Part shown: positions 9,169 through 17,933 of the stretch, piece by piece
How positions within the stretch are numbered: the first letter of the stretch is position 1
How the letters are laid out: each line of letters starts with the position of its first letter
Origin: a virus
Taxonomy: Duplodnaviria; Caudoviricetes
IMG/VR virus record: IMGVR_UViG_3300042465_004861
Span: 1 to 25,007 of that record
DNA: 25,007 nucleotides
Strand: one strand, 5' to 3'
Position numbers and translations under genes: made by a program
Notes under the pieces: model-generated
Databases searched by the model: none
What the model saw: the letters and a program-made list of their open reading frames with translations, nothing else
What the model was told of the DNA's origin: nothing

Positions 9169-9804
9169 ATGGGCTGGACCGAATTCAGAGATAACCCAGA
9201 ACTGAGCCGCGCCGAGATGATCCGCCGCGAACTGAGCCAAGAACCCACCGCGGTCAATCCCCGTTCATGGGGTTTTGAATACATGACCGAACGAGGATCA
9301 ACCGTTTACGCTATTGGCTGGAGTGACGCGCCCGACCGGCCGCGTTATTACTTCGGGCTTGTGTGCCTGACAAGCCGCCACCGGTCCGAGTATTTCGGAC
9401 GAGCATTCAGTTACAAAGACATGACCGAAGACATGGGCCCGAACTACTACGACGCACCCGCCAAGATGCTCGATATGCTCGACAAACTGGCACCGAATCC
9501 GCCCGGACAGTACGCCGCAGGGTGGCGCCAAGCCTGCCGCGACCGCATCGCCGCAAAAAAGGCCCGCACCGTATGGCAGGCAGGCGACCGCGTGCAATAC
9601 GGCCGAGAAGCCTACACCCTCAAAAGACCGGCAGGACCGCGTAGGGGCTGGATTGTGACGCACGCTAGCGGACTGGATTACCGCTTGCCGGCCCGCGCAC
9701 TCAGCAACGCCCGCCGACTTGAGCCGGGCGAAGAGCCATTCCGGCCGACCAAGCAAGTAACCGCCGCCGAAATTATCAGGGGGACCCATGCTGCCACCAA
9801 TTAA
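9169..9804 (+). CDS. Conserved mobile-element protein (DUF6927-like)
   Basis: MGW start and the pattern GLVCL...FSYKDMTEDMGPNYYDAP...LDKL...YAAGWRQAC. Family recognised from memory only. Confidence 0.55.
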   Translation: MGWTEFRDNPELSRAEMIRRELSQEPTAVNPRSWGFEYMTERGSTVYAIGWSDAPDRPRYYFGLVCLTSRHRSEYFGRAFSYKDMTEDMGPNYYDAPAKMLDMLDKLAPNPPGQYAAGWRQACRDRIAAKKARTVWQAGDRVQYGREAYTLKRPAGPRRGWIVTHASGLDYRLPARALSNARRLEPGEEPFRPTKQVTAAEIIRGTHAATN

Positions 9805-9979
9805 CCGCGCAATGCCGCACCCCGACGACGACAGCGAGCCGCAACCCTGGCCGCTTGACGAGGCAATCGCGCACGCCTTGCGGGTTTTACGCGACCCCGC
9901 CGCCGATACATGGGCGCGACGCTTCGCCGCCGATCAACTCAGCTTTGCGCATGAATCAGCACAGGACCAGACGCCATGA
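9788..9979 (+). CDS. Hypothetical protein
   Basis: 63 aa, overlapping the neighbouring genes at both ends. Confidence 0.5.
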   Translation: MLPPINRAMPHPDDDSEPQPWPLDEAIAHALRVLRDPAADTWARRFAADQLSFAHESAQDQTP

Positions 9980-10674
9980 AATACAGCTTCACACCCGCCA
10001 GCAACAACCGCAAGACCGGACCGATACCCACGACGAACACCAGCCGCGAATCGTGCCCCCCATCGTGCCCGCACTACCGCGCCGACTGCTACGCCGAAGA
10101 CTTCTACACGCGCCTAAATTGGAACCGGGTAACCGCCAAAGGTTTCGGGCTTGACGAACTCACCGCCCGCATTAAACGAATGCCCGCCGGCCAATTGTGG
10201 CGCCACAATGTAGCCGGTGATTTACCCGGACAGGGTGAAATAGTGGACGCCCACGAACTGGGGCAGATTGTCCGGGCGAACCGCGGCCGCAGAGGGTTTA
10301 CCTACACCCACAAGAAAAGCCCGCTGGCTTTGCACTGGGCCCGCGCCGCGACTGACTGGGGTTTTACCGTGAACATCAGCGCCGACGATGCAGGGGAAGC
10401 CGACAAGTATGCCGCGCAGGGTTTGCCTACTGTGTGCATTGTGCCAATGGACACCCCGAAACACACCGCCACGCCCGCCGGCCGGCCAATCCTAGTATGC
10501 CCCGCGCAAACAACGGAATACATGACATGCGCATTATGCGGACTGTGCCAACGCCCCGACCGCCGGCAAATTATCGGGTTTCGGGCACATGGAAGCAAAG
10601 CCCGACAGACAGACGCCCGCGCCCGCCGCATTATCCCGATTTATACGGAGGCCGCACCATGCGCCAGCAAATGA
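9976..10674 (+). CDS. Cys-rich phage protein (DUF7227 / gp88-like), probably metal or Fe-S binding
   Basis: SNNRKTGPIP, CPPSCP...CYA, RHNVAGD, FTYTH, GFTVNISAD, VCPAQ...CALCGLC...IGFRAHG. Confidence 0.6.
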   Translation: MKYSFTPASNNRKTGPIPTTNTSRESCPPSCPHYRADCYAEDFYTRLNWNRVTAKGFGLDELTARIKRMPAGQLWRHNVAGDLPGQGEIVDAHELGQIVRANRGRRGFTYTHKKSPLALHWARAATDWGFTVNISADDAGEADKYAAQGLPTVCIVPMDTPKHTATPAGRPILVCPAQTTEYMTCALCGLCQRPDRRQIIGFRAHGSKARQTDARARRIIPIYTEAAPCASK

Positions 10675-10979
10675 CCGCCCGCTATTCCGGCCGATGCCAC
10701 GCCACCGGCCACACAATCCGGCCGGGTGATTTGATCGAATATGACCGCGCCACCCGTCGCGCTTATCTCATCGACCGCGCCCCCACAATCAGCGCCGCGG
10801 CCGCAATGGTCCAAGACATGGACCCGGAAATCGACCCCGACACCGCCGAGGCCGTCGGCCGATACATGGCGAGCCGCCCCTACAGGTCCGATATTTTCCG
10901 CGCCAATGGACGCGAATACTACCGCAACAGGGCCGGACGCTGCGAAGACGCGCCGTGTTGCGGATGTTGCAACTTTTGA
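10659..10979 (+). CDS. Conserved phage protein with C-terminal Cys cluster
   Basis: MTARYSGRC...IRPGDLIEY...YYRNRAGRCEDAPCCGCC, with a GGAGG RBS before ATG 10659. Confidence 0.7.
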   Translation: MRQQMTARYSGRCHATGHTIRPGDLIEYDRATRRAYLIDRAPTISAAAAMVQDMDPEIDPDTAEAVGRYMASRPYRSDIFRANGREYYRNRAGRCEDAPCCGCCNF

Positions 10980-11046
10980 AAATTTCAGCCCATGCCCTCC
11001 CGCCGAGGGCATGGACGGGAATTGTCCCGACACAGGAGAAAAGCGA

Positions 11047-11334
11047 ATGGACGAATACAGCCAGCGCGTTAAAGAATGCGCCGAACAGGGCCAAGCACTG
11101 GCCCGCATGATGGCCGCAGATGGCCGGATTGAGCCACTCTACCTATACCACCGCCCAAGCCAGCCAGGACAGCCAGGGCGCCTATTTTTGGCCCGAGATA
11201 GCGCACCAGTGCCGCCCGGTGTTGTCTTGACCGCCGGCGAAGGACTGCGCGGGAATGTACCTTATGAGCACTATTTCCAATGGATTTACGACCGCGCACG
11301 CCGTGCCCCAATCCTTTCCATGGAGGAAGCATGA
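11047..11334 (+). CDS. Hypothetical protein
   Basis: MDEYSQRVKE...; AGGAG RBS following a double hairpin. Confidence 0.6.
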   Translation: MDEYSQRVKECAEQGQALARMMAADGRIEPLYLYHRPSQPGQPGRLFLARDSAPVPPGVVLTAGEGLRGNVPYEHYFQWIYDRARRAPILSMEEA

Positions 11335-11501
11335 ACCACACCGCCGCCGAATACATAAACGCCGGCCACAGGTACGAACAGGGCAAGACAGGCCCCGACA
11401 CCCTCCGGCGCATGATTGAATCAGAACTTATCGACGACCGCGCCGAAGCCCGCCGCCTAATCGAGGCCGGCCGCGCCGAAGCCCGGAGGGCGCCCGCATG
11501 A
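11331..11501 (+). CDS. Hypothetical protein
   Basis: MNHTAAEYINAG...; GGAGG RBS and ATGA overlap. Confidence 0.6.
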   Translation: MNHTAAEYINAGHRYEQGKTGPDTLRRMIESELIDDRAEARRLIEAGRAEARRAPA

Positions 11502-11617
11502 ACTGGCCATTCCCGCCATTTCCGAACCCGCACGACCGACCGGGCCGGGCGCCCGCGCACCCGGACCCCGAGCCCGCCCCCTTCGTGGGGATTGATTGCG
11601 AGACAGCTGCCTGCTGA
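11498..11617 (+). CDS. Small Pro-rich peptide
   Basis: MNWPFPPFPNP...ETAAC (39 aa); ATGA overlap and GGAGG RBS. Below the ORF-track cutoff. Confidence 0.45.
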   Translation: MNWPFPPFPNPHDRPGRAPAHPDPEPAPFVGIDCETAAC

Positions 11618-11646
11618 TTGCGAGACAGCTGTTAATTGAGAGACAG
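11593..11646 (+). repeat. Three short direct repeats (ATTG[C/A]GAGACAG)
   Basis: TGATTGCGAGACAGCTG at 11593-11609 and 11615-11631, and ATTGAGAGACAG at 11635-11646. Confidence 0.75.
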
Positions 11647-11663
11647 ATTTCAGGAGTAAAACC

Positions 11664-11978
11664 ATGAGCAAACAGGACAACCTTTTTTCACAAAACGAAA
11701 CCATGAAAAATCAACGAACCATCAAAGACACAGACGACTTGTCGGTGGCCTGGAACAAGGCCGCTGAACAAACTTTTTTAAATCGCAAGATTGTCGGAAC
11801 GCGCTACATGACAAGAGCGGAGGCCGATGCAATCGGGTGGCATTCTCGCGCCGTAGTTCTGATGCTGGATGACGGGACATTGCTGTATCCCTCGACAGAC
11901 GATGAGGGCAACGGCCCCGGCGCCCTCTTCACCACACACAAAGAGCACAACACATTCCCACTGTTGCCATGCTGGTGA
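11664..11978 (+). CDS. Hypothetical phage protein
   Basis: 104 aa, LMLDDGTLLYPSTDDEGNGPGALFT motif, AGGAG RBS. Alternative start at 11703. Confidence 0.65.
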   Translation: MSKQDNLFSQNETMKNQRTIKDTDDLSVAWNKAAEQTFLNRKIVGTRYMTRAEADAIGWHSRAVVLMLDDGTLLYPSTDDEGNGPGALFTTHKEHNTFPLLPCW

Positions 11979-12000
11979 CGGTGTGAAAGCGAAGGCCAAA

Positions 12001-12270
12001 ATGCAACTACAGACCATCAACAGCAAGAGCATCACATGGCAAAGGGTGCCGATTGATTGCGAGGAATATACCGCTGCATTCTGCGCGGACGGCGACGGCA
12101 TCCTGCAGCTTGTGAAGTATCCGGACAGGTACGAGTTGCTGGACCAACTCGATGTAATCGAGACATGGCCGCGGCCCACGAGGTTGCGCCATATGCTCGA
12201 CCAGTCCGACCTGTATCTCGCCTGCACTTACCGCGAGATCTGGGAATGCGCCCGGCATCACGAGGGCTAG
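12001..12270 (+). CDS. Hypothetical protein
   Basis: MQLQTINSK...; fits the operon tiling, start uncertain. Confidence 0.5.
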   Translation: MQLQTINSKSITWQRVPIDCEEYTAAFCADGDGILQLVKYPDRYELLDQLDVIETWPRPTRLRHMLDQSDLYLACTYREIWECARHHEG

Positions 12271-12282
12271 ATCGTGGTGCCG

Positions 12283-12456
12283 ATGCAAGACCACCCACTC
12301 ACACGCGCCCACATGATGGGCGCACGAGCAACCACCCACCAATCGCTGGCGCAGGCTGCGATGCTGATCCGCGAACTGGAAAAGCGAGAGACCGAACAGA
12401 CCATCGCCGCGTGCAAACTTGCGGCCGAGGTATTGATTGAGAGGAAGATGCCATGA
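12283..12456 (+). CDS. Hypothetical protein
   Basis: Short helical ORF coupled to the next gene. Confidence 0.45.
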   Translation: MQDHPLTRAHMMGARATTHQSLAQAAMLIRELEKRETEQTIAACKLAAEVLIERKMP

Positions 12457-12647
12457 TGTACCGCATACGCGTGCAGCGCACGGGCTTTGAACTTGAGATG
12501 CTATTGCCTGCCGAGAGCCGGGCCGATGCGATTGGCGTGGTAATGCGCACTGCAATACTGTACGATGGACCAGATCAAGAAACCAAAATTATTTCAGTCC
12601 ATGAACAAGCCGCCGACCCACTCCCGATTCTCAATCCACATCCATGA
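12453..12647 (+). CDS. Hypothetical protein
   Basis: 64 aa; GAGGA RBS and ATGA overlap. Confidence 0.45.
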   Translation: MMYRIRVQRTGFELEMLLPAESRADAIGVVMRTAILYDGPDQETKIISVHEQAADPLPILNPHP

Positions 12648-12810
12648 GGACGAAAAAGGCCGACTCACTGTTGTTTGCGAGACAGTTGGAAGGTGCGAGA
12701 ACAGTCTGGATCTGGGCTGTCAGGTCATGGCCAACCTGATCGACGTGGCCGAGGATAACCCCGGCTACGTCGCGGTCCAGCATCTCACCTACTCACAAGA
12801 TTGGCAATGA
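12601..12810 (+). CDS. Hypothetical protein
   Basis: MNKPPTHSRFSIHIHEDE...; its stop overlaps the next start. Confidence 0.45.
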   Translation: MNKPPTHSRFSIHIHEDEKGRLTVVCETVGRCENSLDLGCQVMANLIDVAEDNPGYVAVQHLTYSQDWQ

Positions 12811-13646
12811 GCGATCCATTCAAAATCAACGGCCCCACTTGCATCAGTTTCAGTGGGGGCAGAACAAGTGCGTACATGCTTTGGCGCGTACTGCAAAGCA
12901 ACAATGGGTTACCAAACGACGCCGTTGTTTGCTTTGCCAACACTGGCAAGGAGGATGAGGCGACGCTTCGCTTTGTGCAAGACTGCGCCAGCAATTGGCA
13001 AGTCAACATTACTTGGCTTGAATACAGGGATGGAAGTCAATGGTCTGTTGTTGACTTTGAGAAAGCAAGCCGAAGTGGTGAGCCGTTCGAAGCCGTAATC
13101 AGGCAGCGAGGCGGGTACCTTCCAAATCGGGTTGCCAGATTCTGTTCAAGCGAATTAAAGACTCGCACCATGCACAGATACCTAAAGGCGCAGGGCTGGG
13201 AGGACTGGGACACATTCATAGGAATTAGAGCCGACGAGCCGCGCAGGGTTGCAAAGTTTCGCGCCAATCCACGGCCAGAATACAAAGGTGAAGAGGTTCA
13301 TATGCCGCTGGCAATATCCGGGGTGTCGTCCAAAGATGTTGGTAGTTTTTGGCAACAACAACCTTTTGACCTTCGGCTTCCGAACATTCAGGGGAAGACG
13401 ATGCACGGCAACTGCGATCTGTGTTACCTAAAGCCAGCAAGCCAAGTGCTATCTCTGATTACGGAGAAACCAGAACGCGCAGTATGGTGGGCTATGCAAG
13501 AAAAAAGGGCCGAGGCATTTGCTGTCGCCGCGGCTAGATTTCGTGACGACAGGCCTTCATACGCGCAGATGGCTGAGTTTGCTGCCCAGCAAAAGGACAT
13601 GTTTGACCCCTCCGAAGAGGGTATTGCTTGTTTCTGCGGGGATTAA
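12807..13646 (+). CDS. PAPS reductase (CysH/DndC-like) PP-loop family protein
   Basis: PP-loop ISFSGGRTS, FANTGKE, RFCSSELK, IGIRADE..R, GNCDLCYLK and a C-terminal CFCGD. Confidence 0.8.
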   Translation: MSDPFKINGPTCISFSGGRTSAYMLWRVLQSNNGLPNDAVVCFANTGKEDEATLRFVQDCASNWQVNITWLEYRDGSQWSVVDFEKASRSGEPFEAVIRQRGGYLPNRVARFCSSELKTRTMHRYLKAQGWEDWDTFIGIRADEPRRVAKFRANPRPEYKGEEVHMPLAISGVSSKDVGSFWQQQPFDLRLPNIQGKTMHGNCDLCYLKPASQVLSLITEKPERAVWWAMQEKRAEAFAVAAARFRDDRPSYAQMAEFAAQQKDMFDPSEEGIACFCGD

Positions 13647-14464
13647 AGCATCGCCTTGTTCAGTGACTGTGAGAACTTGAACATACCAACCTGCTTGTGT
13701 AGATCATTTGCATCCATGCCCACCGCGGGCGGCATCCAATACGGCCAGCCTATGCGCTTGGCCGCATCCTCCCCCGTCCTAGACTCATCGTTGTCGGCAA
13801 TCACCAGGCCCACGGGCAGGGCCGATGCAATCTTGATCATGTTGCCGGCCGAAAAGCAAATGTGCAGGGTGTAGCGCCGCTTGAGTGTCTTCATCGCAGC
13901 CCTGATTGAGAGACCGGTGGCATAGCCCTCACAGAGAATGTGCGGGCCCTTGTTGTCGAACACAAACTCCGCAGCACTGGTGCGCTGGCCAAAAAGAAAC
14001 TTCTTCTCCCCGTCCTCGCGGATAAGTTGACAGCCCACAAGCCTGTGCCCGACCCGCATGGGGATGACCAGCACCAAACCATCCTCGGTCTTCCACACGT
14101 TGCCCTGCTCATCCTTGAAACCCTTGGCCTCAAGGTACGGGTGATGCGCAATCTGACACTGGTGCATGATCCAGCCAGCCTTCTTGGCCGCTGCTTCTTG
14201 CTGCTCGATGCGCCTGCGCTCGGCCTGCTGTGCGTCGCGCCTGATCTTGGTCATGTCCACAGACGCAGAGGCATCACCTTTCCAGACCTCCACCTCGGTG
14301 TTCATGGCCCAGTTTTGAACGAAGCCGTGCGTGCCCATGAACTTCACGGCGCCGTTGCGCTTGCGCTGGTGATCTTCTGTGGGGTATCTGCGCCACACTC
14401 CGATCGGCGGCAAGTGGTCAATCAAAATGCCGTGCGCCCGTGCGAATGCAATGAAGTCAATCAT
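13643..14464 (-). CDS. Toprim-domain primase
   Basis: HPYLEAKG, LVIPM, QLIREDGEKKFLFG, and Toprim motifs CEGYATG, FSAGN, IADND and DANDL. Confidence 0.85.
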   Translation of the reverse strand: MIDFIAFARAHGILIDHLPPIGVWRRYPTEDHQRKRNGAVKFMGTHGFVQNWAMNTEVEVWKGDASASVDMTKIRRDAQQAERRRIEQQEAAAKKAGWIMHQCQIAHHPYLEAKGFKDEQGNVWKTEDGLVLVIPMRVGHRLVGCQLIREDGEKKFLFGQRTSAAEFVFDNKGPHILCEGYATGLSIRAAMKTLKRRYTLHICFSAGNMIKIASALPVGLVIADNDESRTGEDAAKRIGWPYWMPPAVGMDANDLHKQVGMFKFSQSLNKAML

Positions 14465-14669
14465 CGGTCTGCTCCATGATCAGGCGGCTGATGCACTTGC
14501 CGTAGTTCGTGTCCGGGCGGTCAACGTCCCACTGCTCGGCGATCTTTGCGCAGGCCTGCCTTTCAGCGAGGCGCACCTTGATTGCGAAAGCACGCACCTC
14601 ATCGGCGGTGTATGCCTTGCGACGCTCTCCGCCCATAGTTGTGACGATCTTTGCTCTAGGCATTTTCAT
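14457..14669 (-). CDS. Hypothetical protein
   Basis: 70 aa with an AERQACAKIAE motif; overlaps both neighbours. Confidence 0.55.
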   Translation of the reverse strand: MKMPRAKIVTTMGGERRKAYTADEVRAFAIKVRLAERQACAKIAEQWDVDRPDTNYGKCISRLIMEQTDD

Positions 14670-16150
14670 GCTGACTTCCTTCCTTTAAGGTAGCGAATCA
14701 ACGCCGCTTTGACCGCTTTTTCGAACTCAATACTAGGCGTCTTGATTTTCGTATCGTCGAGACCACGAGGCCAGACACCGAAGCGGTCTTTGTACGTGTG
14801 CGCCGCACGGCCGGGGTTCCATCCTGCGTATCTGACTTTGTATTGGCACATTGACCACCAGTCTTGCTTGCTTTCCCAACTGTGCTTGCCGGTCATGGCA
14901 AGCTCCTCCATCGTTCCGGGTAGTGAACCAACCTTGCTTGTGCGCTGGCGCACATGGCCACATTGAATGCAGGTGTCTGACCCAGAGGGCCACAGAGCCG
15001 AACACTTCGGGCACTTGGACGCCTCCTTTTCCTTTTGTGTTTTTTCCTTCCGGGCCTTCTTGTCTTTGTTGGCATCGAGAGACTTAGTGCCCTCGTGAAA
15101 TAGCTCGTCCCAATCCTCTTGAAACCGCAGCCAGTTACCAGCGTTGTCCTGCACCACGCAAAATTTCTTGTCGGGGTGCGGGCGAGCCCCACGACCAACC
15201 ATCTGAACGTGCATCGAGAACGCCTTGCGCAACGGCTTGGCAATGACCACATGCTCAACGCCCGTATTGTCAAACCCGCGGGTCAGGATGTCCGAAGAGA
15301 TCACGCCAATGATGTCTGTGTCAGGCTTGGCAAAGTCCTCCAGAACCTGCTGCTTGTACTCTTCATCATCCAGATAGCTGATCTGAACAAAGTTCAGGCC
15401 GACATCAGCAAACCGCTTGACCAACTCCGTGCCGTGCGCCACCCCTGAACTGAAGACGATGGTCTTTCTCGGCTCCCCCCACACTTCGTGAGCGATGCGA
15501 ACGTAGTCGGCCACGACATCGCCAACGATCATCAGGCCGCGCTTTTCCAGCTCGTCCTTTTGCCACTCACCGGCCGTGACTTTGACGCCCGTGGTGTCGA
15601 TCTCAGTGGCAACGAACACGCGGTACGGCACAAGGAAACCTTCCTGCACCAGCTGCTCCATGCTCACCACGTTTGTGATGCTGGTGAAGTAATCTCCCAG
15701 CTCTGGGTGATAAGGCGTTGCTGTCAGCCCGAGGATCTTCACGTTCGGGTTGCCTTTGATGTACGACTTGAGAGACTTGCGCATGACCGCATGGATCTCG
15801 TCAACGATGATGAGATCTACCGCGGGCCATGAGCCCATCTTCTCAATGGTCTGAATGCTGGCCACCTGCACGTTCTCATACGGGCGATACCGCCAGTGGC
15901 CTGCCATGTACACGCCATGATCCATGCCGTGCCTGTCGAGGTGCCGCGAGAACTGATCGACCAGCACCCGACGGTCGCAAACGAACATGGTCTTTGAGCC
16001 CTTCTTGCGTGCGGCATCGAGGATGCTCAGGGCCATGATGGACTTGCCCGCACCGGTTGCTGCCGCGAGGACTTGCCGGACATGGCCCTGCTTAAATCCT
16101 TCGCGCAGCCCCTCGATGCTGGACTCTTGATAAGGTCTTAACTCAAACAT
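14666..16150 (-). CDS. Superfamily II helicase (RadD/YejH-like) with Zn finger
   Basis: Q-motif LRPYQ, Walker A ATGAGKS, DEIH, TAT, LTRGFD, QMVGRGAR and CPKC...CIQC. An AGGAG RBS precedes ATG 16150. Confidence 0.9.
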   Translation of the reverse strand: MFELRPYQESSIEGLREGFKQGHVRQVLAAATGAGKSIMALSILDAARKKGSKTMFVCDRRVLVDQFSRHLDRHGMDHGVYMAGHWRYRPYENVQVASIQTIEKMGSWPAVDLIIVDEIHAVMRKSLKSYIKGNPNVKILGLTATPYHPELGDYFTSITNVVSMEQLVQEGFLVPYRVFVATEIDTTGVKVTAGEWQKDELEKRGLMIVGDVVADYVRIAHEVWGEPRKTIVFSSGVAHGTELVKRFADVGLNFVQISYLDDEEYKQQVLEDFAKPDTDIIGVISSDILTRGFDNTGVEHVVIAKPLRKAFSMHVQMVGRGARPHPDKKFCVVQDNAGNWLRFQEDWDELFHEGTKSLDANKDKKARKEKTQKEKEASKCPKCSALWPSGSDTCIQCGHVRQRTSKVGSLPGTMEELAMTGKHSWESKQDWWSMCQYKVRYAGWNPGRAAHTYKDRFGVWPRGLDDTKIKTPSIEFEKAVKAALIRYLKGRKSA

Positions 16151-16192
16151 TTGGTTCTCCTGCCGGTACATGCCCACCGGCTTGGGCTTTTC

Positions 16193-16390
16193 TTATTCAC
16201 TGCTAACGAACGTGCTCCACTGCCGCTCTGTGACGGGCACGCCAGTCATGTAGATCTTTGCAATGTAGATCATCCGCATTTTGTTGTCCGGCTGTGCAGC
16301 CAGCCTTTCAGCCTCGTCTTTTGCACTTTTGAGTGTGTTGTGGACCACGCACGGGTGGTTTCTGCCCTCGACGTAAACCATGTAGCTCAT
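16193..16390 (-). CDS. Hypothetical protein
   Basis: 65 aa, H.TL.SA..EAERLA motif; AGGAG RBS and ATGA overlap. Confidence 0.6.
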   Translation of the reverse strand: MSYMVYVEGRNHPCVVHNTLKSAKDEAERLAAQPDNKMRMIYIAKIYMTGVPVTERQWSTFVSSE

Positions 16391-17214
16391 GGGGACTCCT
16401 TGAGTTTGCGGTTGAGGATTGCAATCTGTTTGCGCATCTGGTTTGCCTCTGCTTGGAATGCGTCCCGGCTTGCCTTTACCGCCACCAGCTCAATCTCAAG
16501 GACGCGGATGCGCTCTTTCTGCTCTGCGATGATGGCCGCTGCCGAAGCCTTGTCCTCCTCGGTGCCGCCCATGTGCGCAATCGCAAGGCGTGCAGACAGA
16601 TCTTGATTCTCTTTGGTGAGAACTTCGATGAGCTCCTTCTCGCCGTTCTCGATCTCCTGCTTAGGCTCTTCCTTCTCAGGCTCCGGCGCCACTTGTTTTT
16701 TGCCCGGACGGCCCGGCGCCCGCGCCTTGGTTGCGACCTCTCCGTTCGGTGTTGTGTACTTCACCTTGTCGGTCTTCGGCGCTTGGCTGGAGTTGCGCAG
16801 ATTGGCGACAAATGTTGGCGAAACTCCACAACGACGTGCAATCTCTGCATTGCTCCACTGTTGCCACTCAAAATCTTCAAGGAGGGACATCACTGACTTG
16901 CGCTTGTCGGCGTATGTCCTGCGAAGGCCGTGCTTTGCATTGACGCCTGCAGCGTACAACTGTGCATCACGGAATGTGCCATTGATGACCTCGCACGCCA
17001 CGCTGACCTTGCTGGCCCGCTTGTTTGCGTGATAGCGGTGAAAGCCATCGGTCAGATAGTAATGAACCCCGTCGAAGTGGACCGTCAGGGGCGGAAATAC
17101 ATCTCCTTTCTCAACGTCGTGAGCGTAGTCGGCAACTGTTTCCTCGTTGATCTCGACGCGTGACTGCAGCCGTTCATCGAGAACCAATGCTGCAATGTTC
17201 ATGTTCTTAATCAT
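16387..17214 (-). CDS. ParB/Srx-like N-terminal domain protein with HTH and coiled coil
   Basis: LQSR...FPPLTV...YYLTDGFHRY...NAKHG, and HTH WSNAEIARRCGVSPTFVANLR. An AAGGAG RBS precedes ATG 17214. Confidence 0.8.
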   Translation of the reverse strand: MIKNMNIAALVLDERLQSRVEINEETVADYAHDVEKGDVFPPLTVHFDGVHYYLTDGFHRYHANKRASKVSVACEVINGTFRDAQLYAAGVNAKHGLRRTYADKRKSVMSLLEDFEWQQWSNAEIARRCGVSPTFVANLRNSSQAPKTDKVKYTTPNGEVATKARAPGRPGKKQVAPEPEKEEPKQEIENGEKELIEVLTKENQDLSARLAIAHMGGTEEDKASAAAIIAEQKERIRVLEIELVAVKASRDAFQAEANQMRKQIAILNRKLKESP

Positions 17215-17363
17215 GTGTTCTCCTTGTTCATGTTCCATCCTAAGTAAAACCATCGCCAGTAAGTCTGGATGTTTTGGCTCGCGTATTTCTTGCCATCCCA
17301 GACCGGCGGCGTCCTGCCCTTGGCAACGATCAGGGCTTCAAACTTTCGCCTTGCTTCATTCAC
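17211..17363 (-). CDS. Small hypothetical protein
   Basis: Manual translation from GTG gives MNEARRKFEALIVAKGRTPPVWDGKKYASQNIQTYWRWFYLGWNMNKENT (50 aa). AAGGAG RBS; fills the gap and overlaps both neighbours. Confidence 0.6.
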   Translation of the reverse strand: MNEARRKFEALIVAKGRTPPVWDGKKYASQNIQTYWRWFYLGWNMNKENT

Positions 17364-17832
17364 TGCTTTCTCCTTCTAAAACTTTTCTTCGGTACTCCGG
17401 GTTCAGTATTACTCCCCTTGCTTTGGTTATGGCTTCTTCGTATTCCAGCCTTGACACAGATGTGCGCTGCAGATCGTGGTATTCGTACAGATCTCTCAAG
17501 CACTGAAGTGCTGGCCCGGTAATGCCGTACTTGCCGGTCTTGAGAAACTTTTGCTCCGCCTCGTGCATGTGCTGCCATGCCTGTCTAGCCACTGGCAACA
17601 CCTCTATGCCGATGCCCTCGTGGGCCATGACCGCGGCGATTGCAGCCATGACGGTCATCATGCTGTGGTCTGAATCGACCGCGGCCCCGGTGCGAAAGGA
17701 CTCTATGGCGCTGAGTTCCGCCCGGCGTAGATGATCGAGCTGTTTTGCCTCTGGCAGAGCGGCGCCCTCGATGGCCATCGTTACTGGATTGATCAGCTTC
17801 CACACCTTGCGCCTTGTTTTTTTCCTTGTCAT
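17356..17832 (-). CDS. Conserved phage protein
   Basis: 158 aa with a basic N-terminus and a GAGGTG RBS; first gene of the leftward replication operon. Confidence 0.65.
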   Translation of the reverse strand: MTRKKTRRKVWKLINPVTMAIEGAALPEAKQLDHLRRAELSAIESFRTGAAVDSDHSMMTVMAAIAAVMAHEGIGIEVLPVARQAWQHMHEAEQKFLKTGKYGITGPALQCLRDLYEYHDLQRTSVSRLEYEEAITKARGVILNPEYRRKVLEGESSE

Positions 17833-17897
17833 TTGTCACCTCGTTGGGCACAATTTTACAGAAAACCACACGCAATGCAACAGGCAGGTTTGCCCTA

Positions 17898-17926
17898 TTG
17901 CTAACTGACAGCAACGATGCTAAAGT
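17898..17926 (+). promoter_or_regulatory. Sigma70-type promoter
   Basis: TTGCTA-17 nt-TAAAGT with an extended -10 TG, in the divergent intergenic region. Confidence 0.55.
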
Positions 17927-17933
17927 GGCACCG

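Noticed and set aside
16172-16195. GCCCA-CCGGCT-TGGGC-TTTT hairpin as a terminator
   Set aside because: The stem is short and the U-tract is on the + strand inside a - strand operon, so its function is unsupported.
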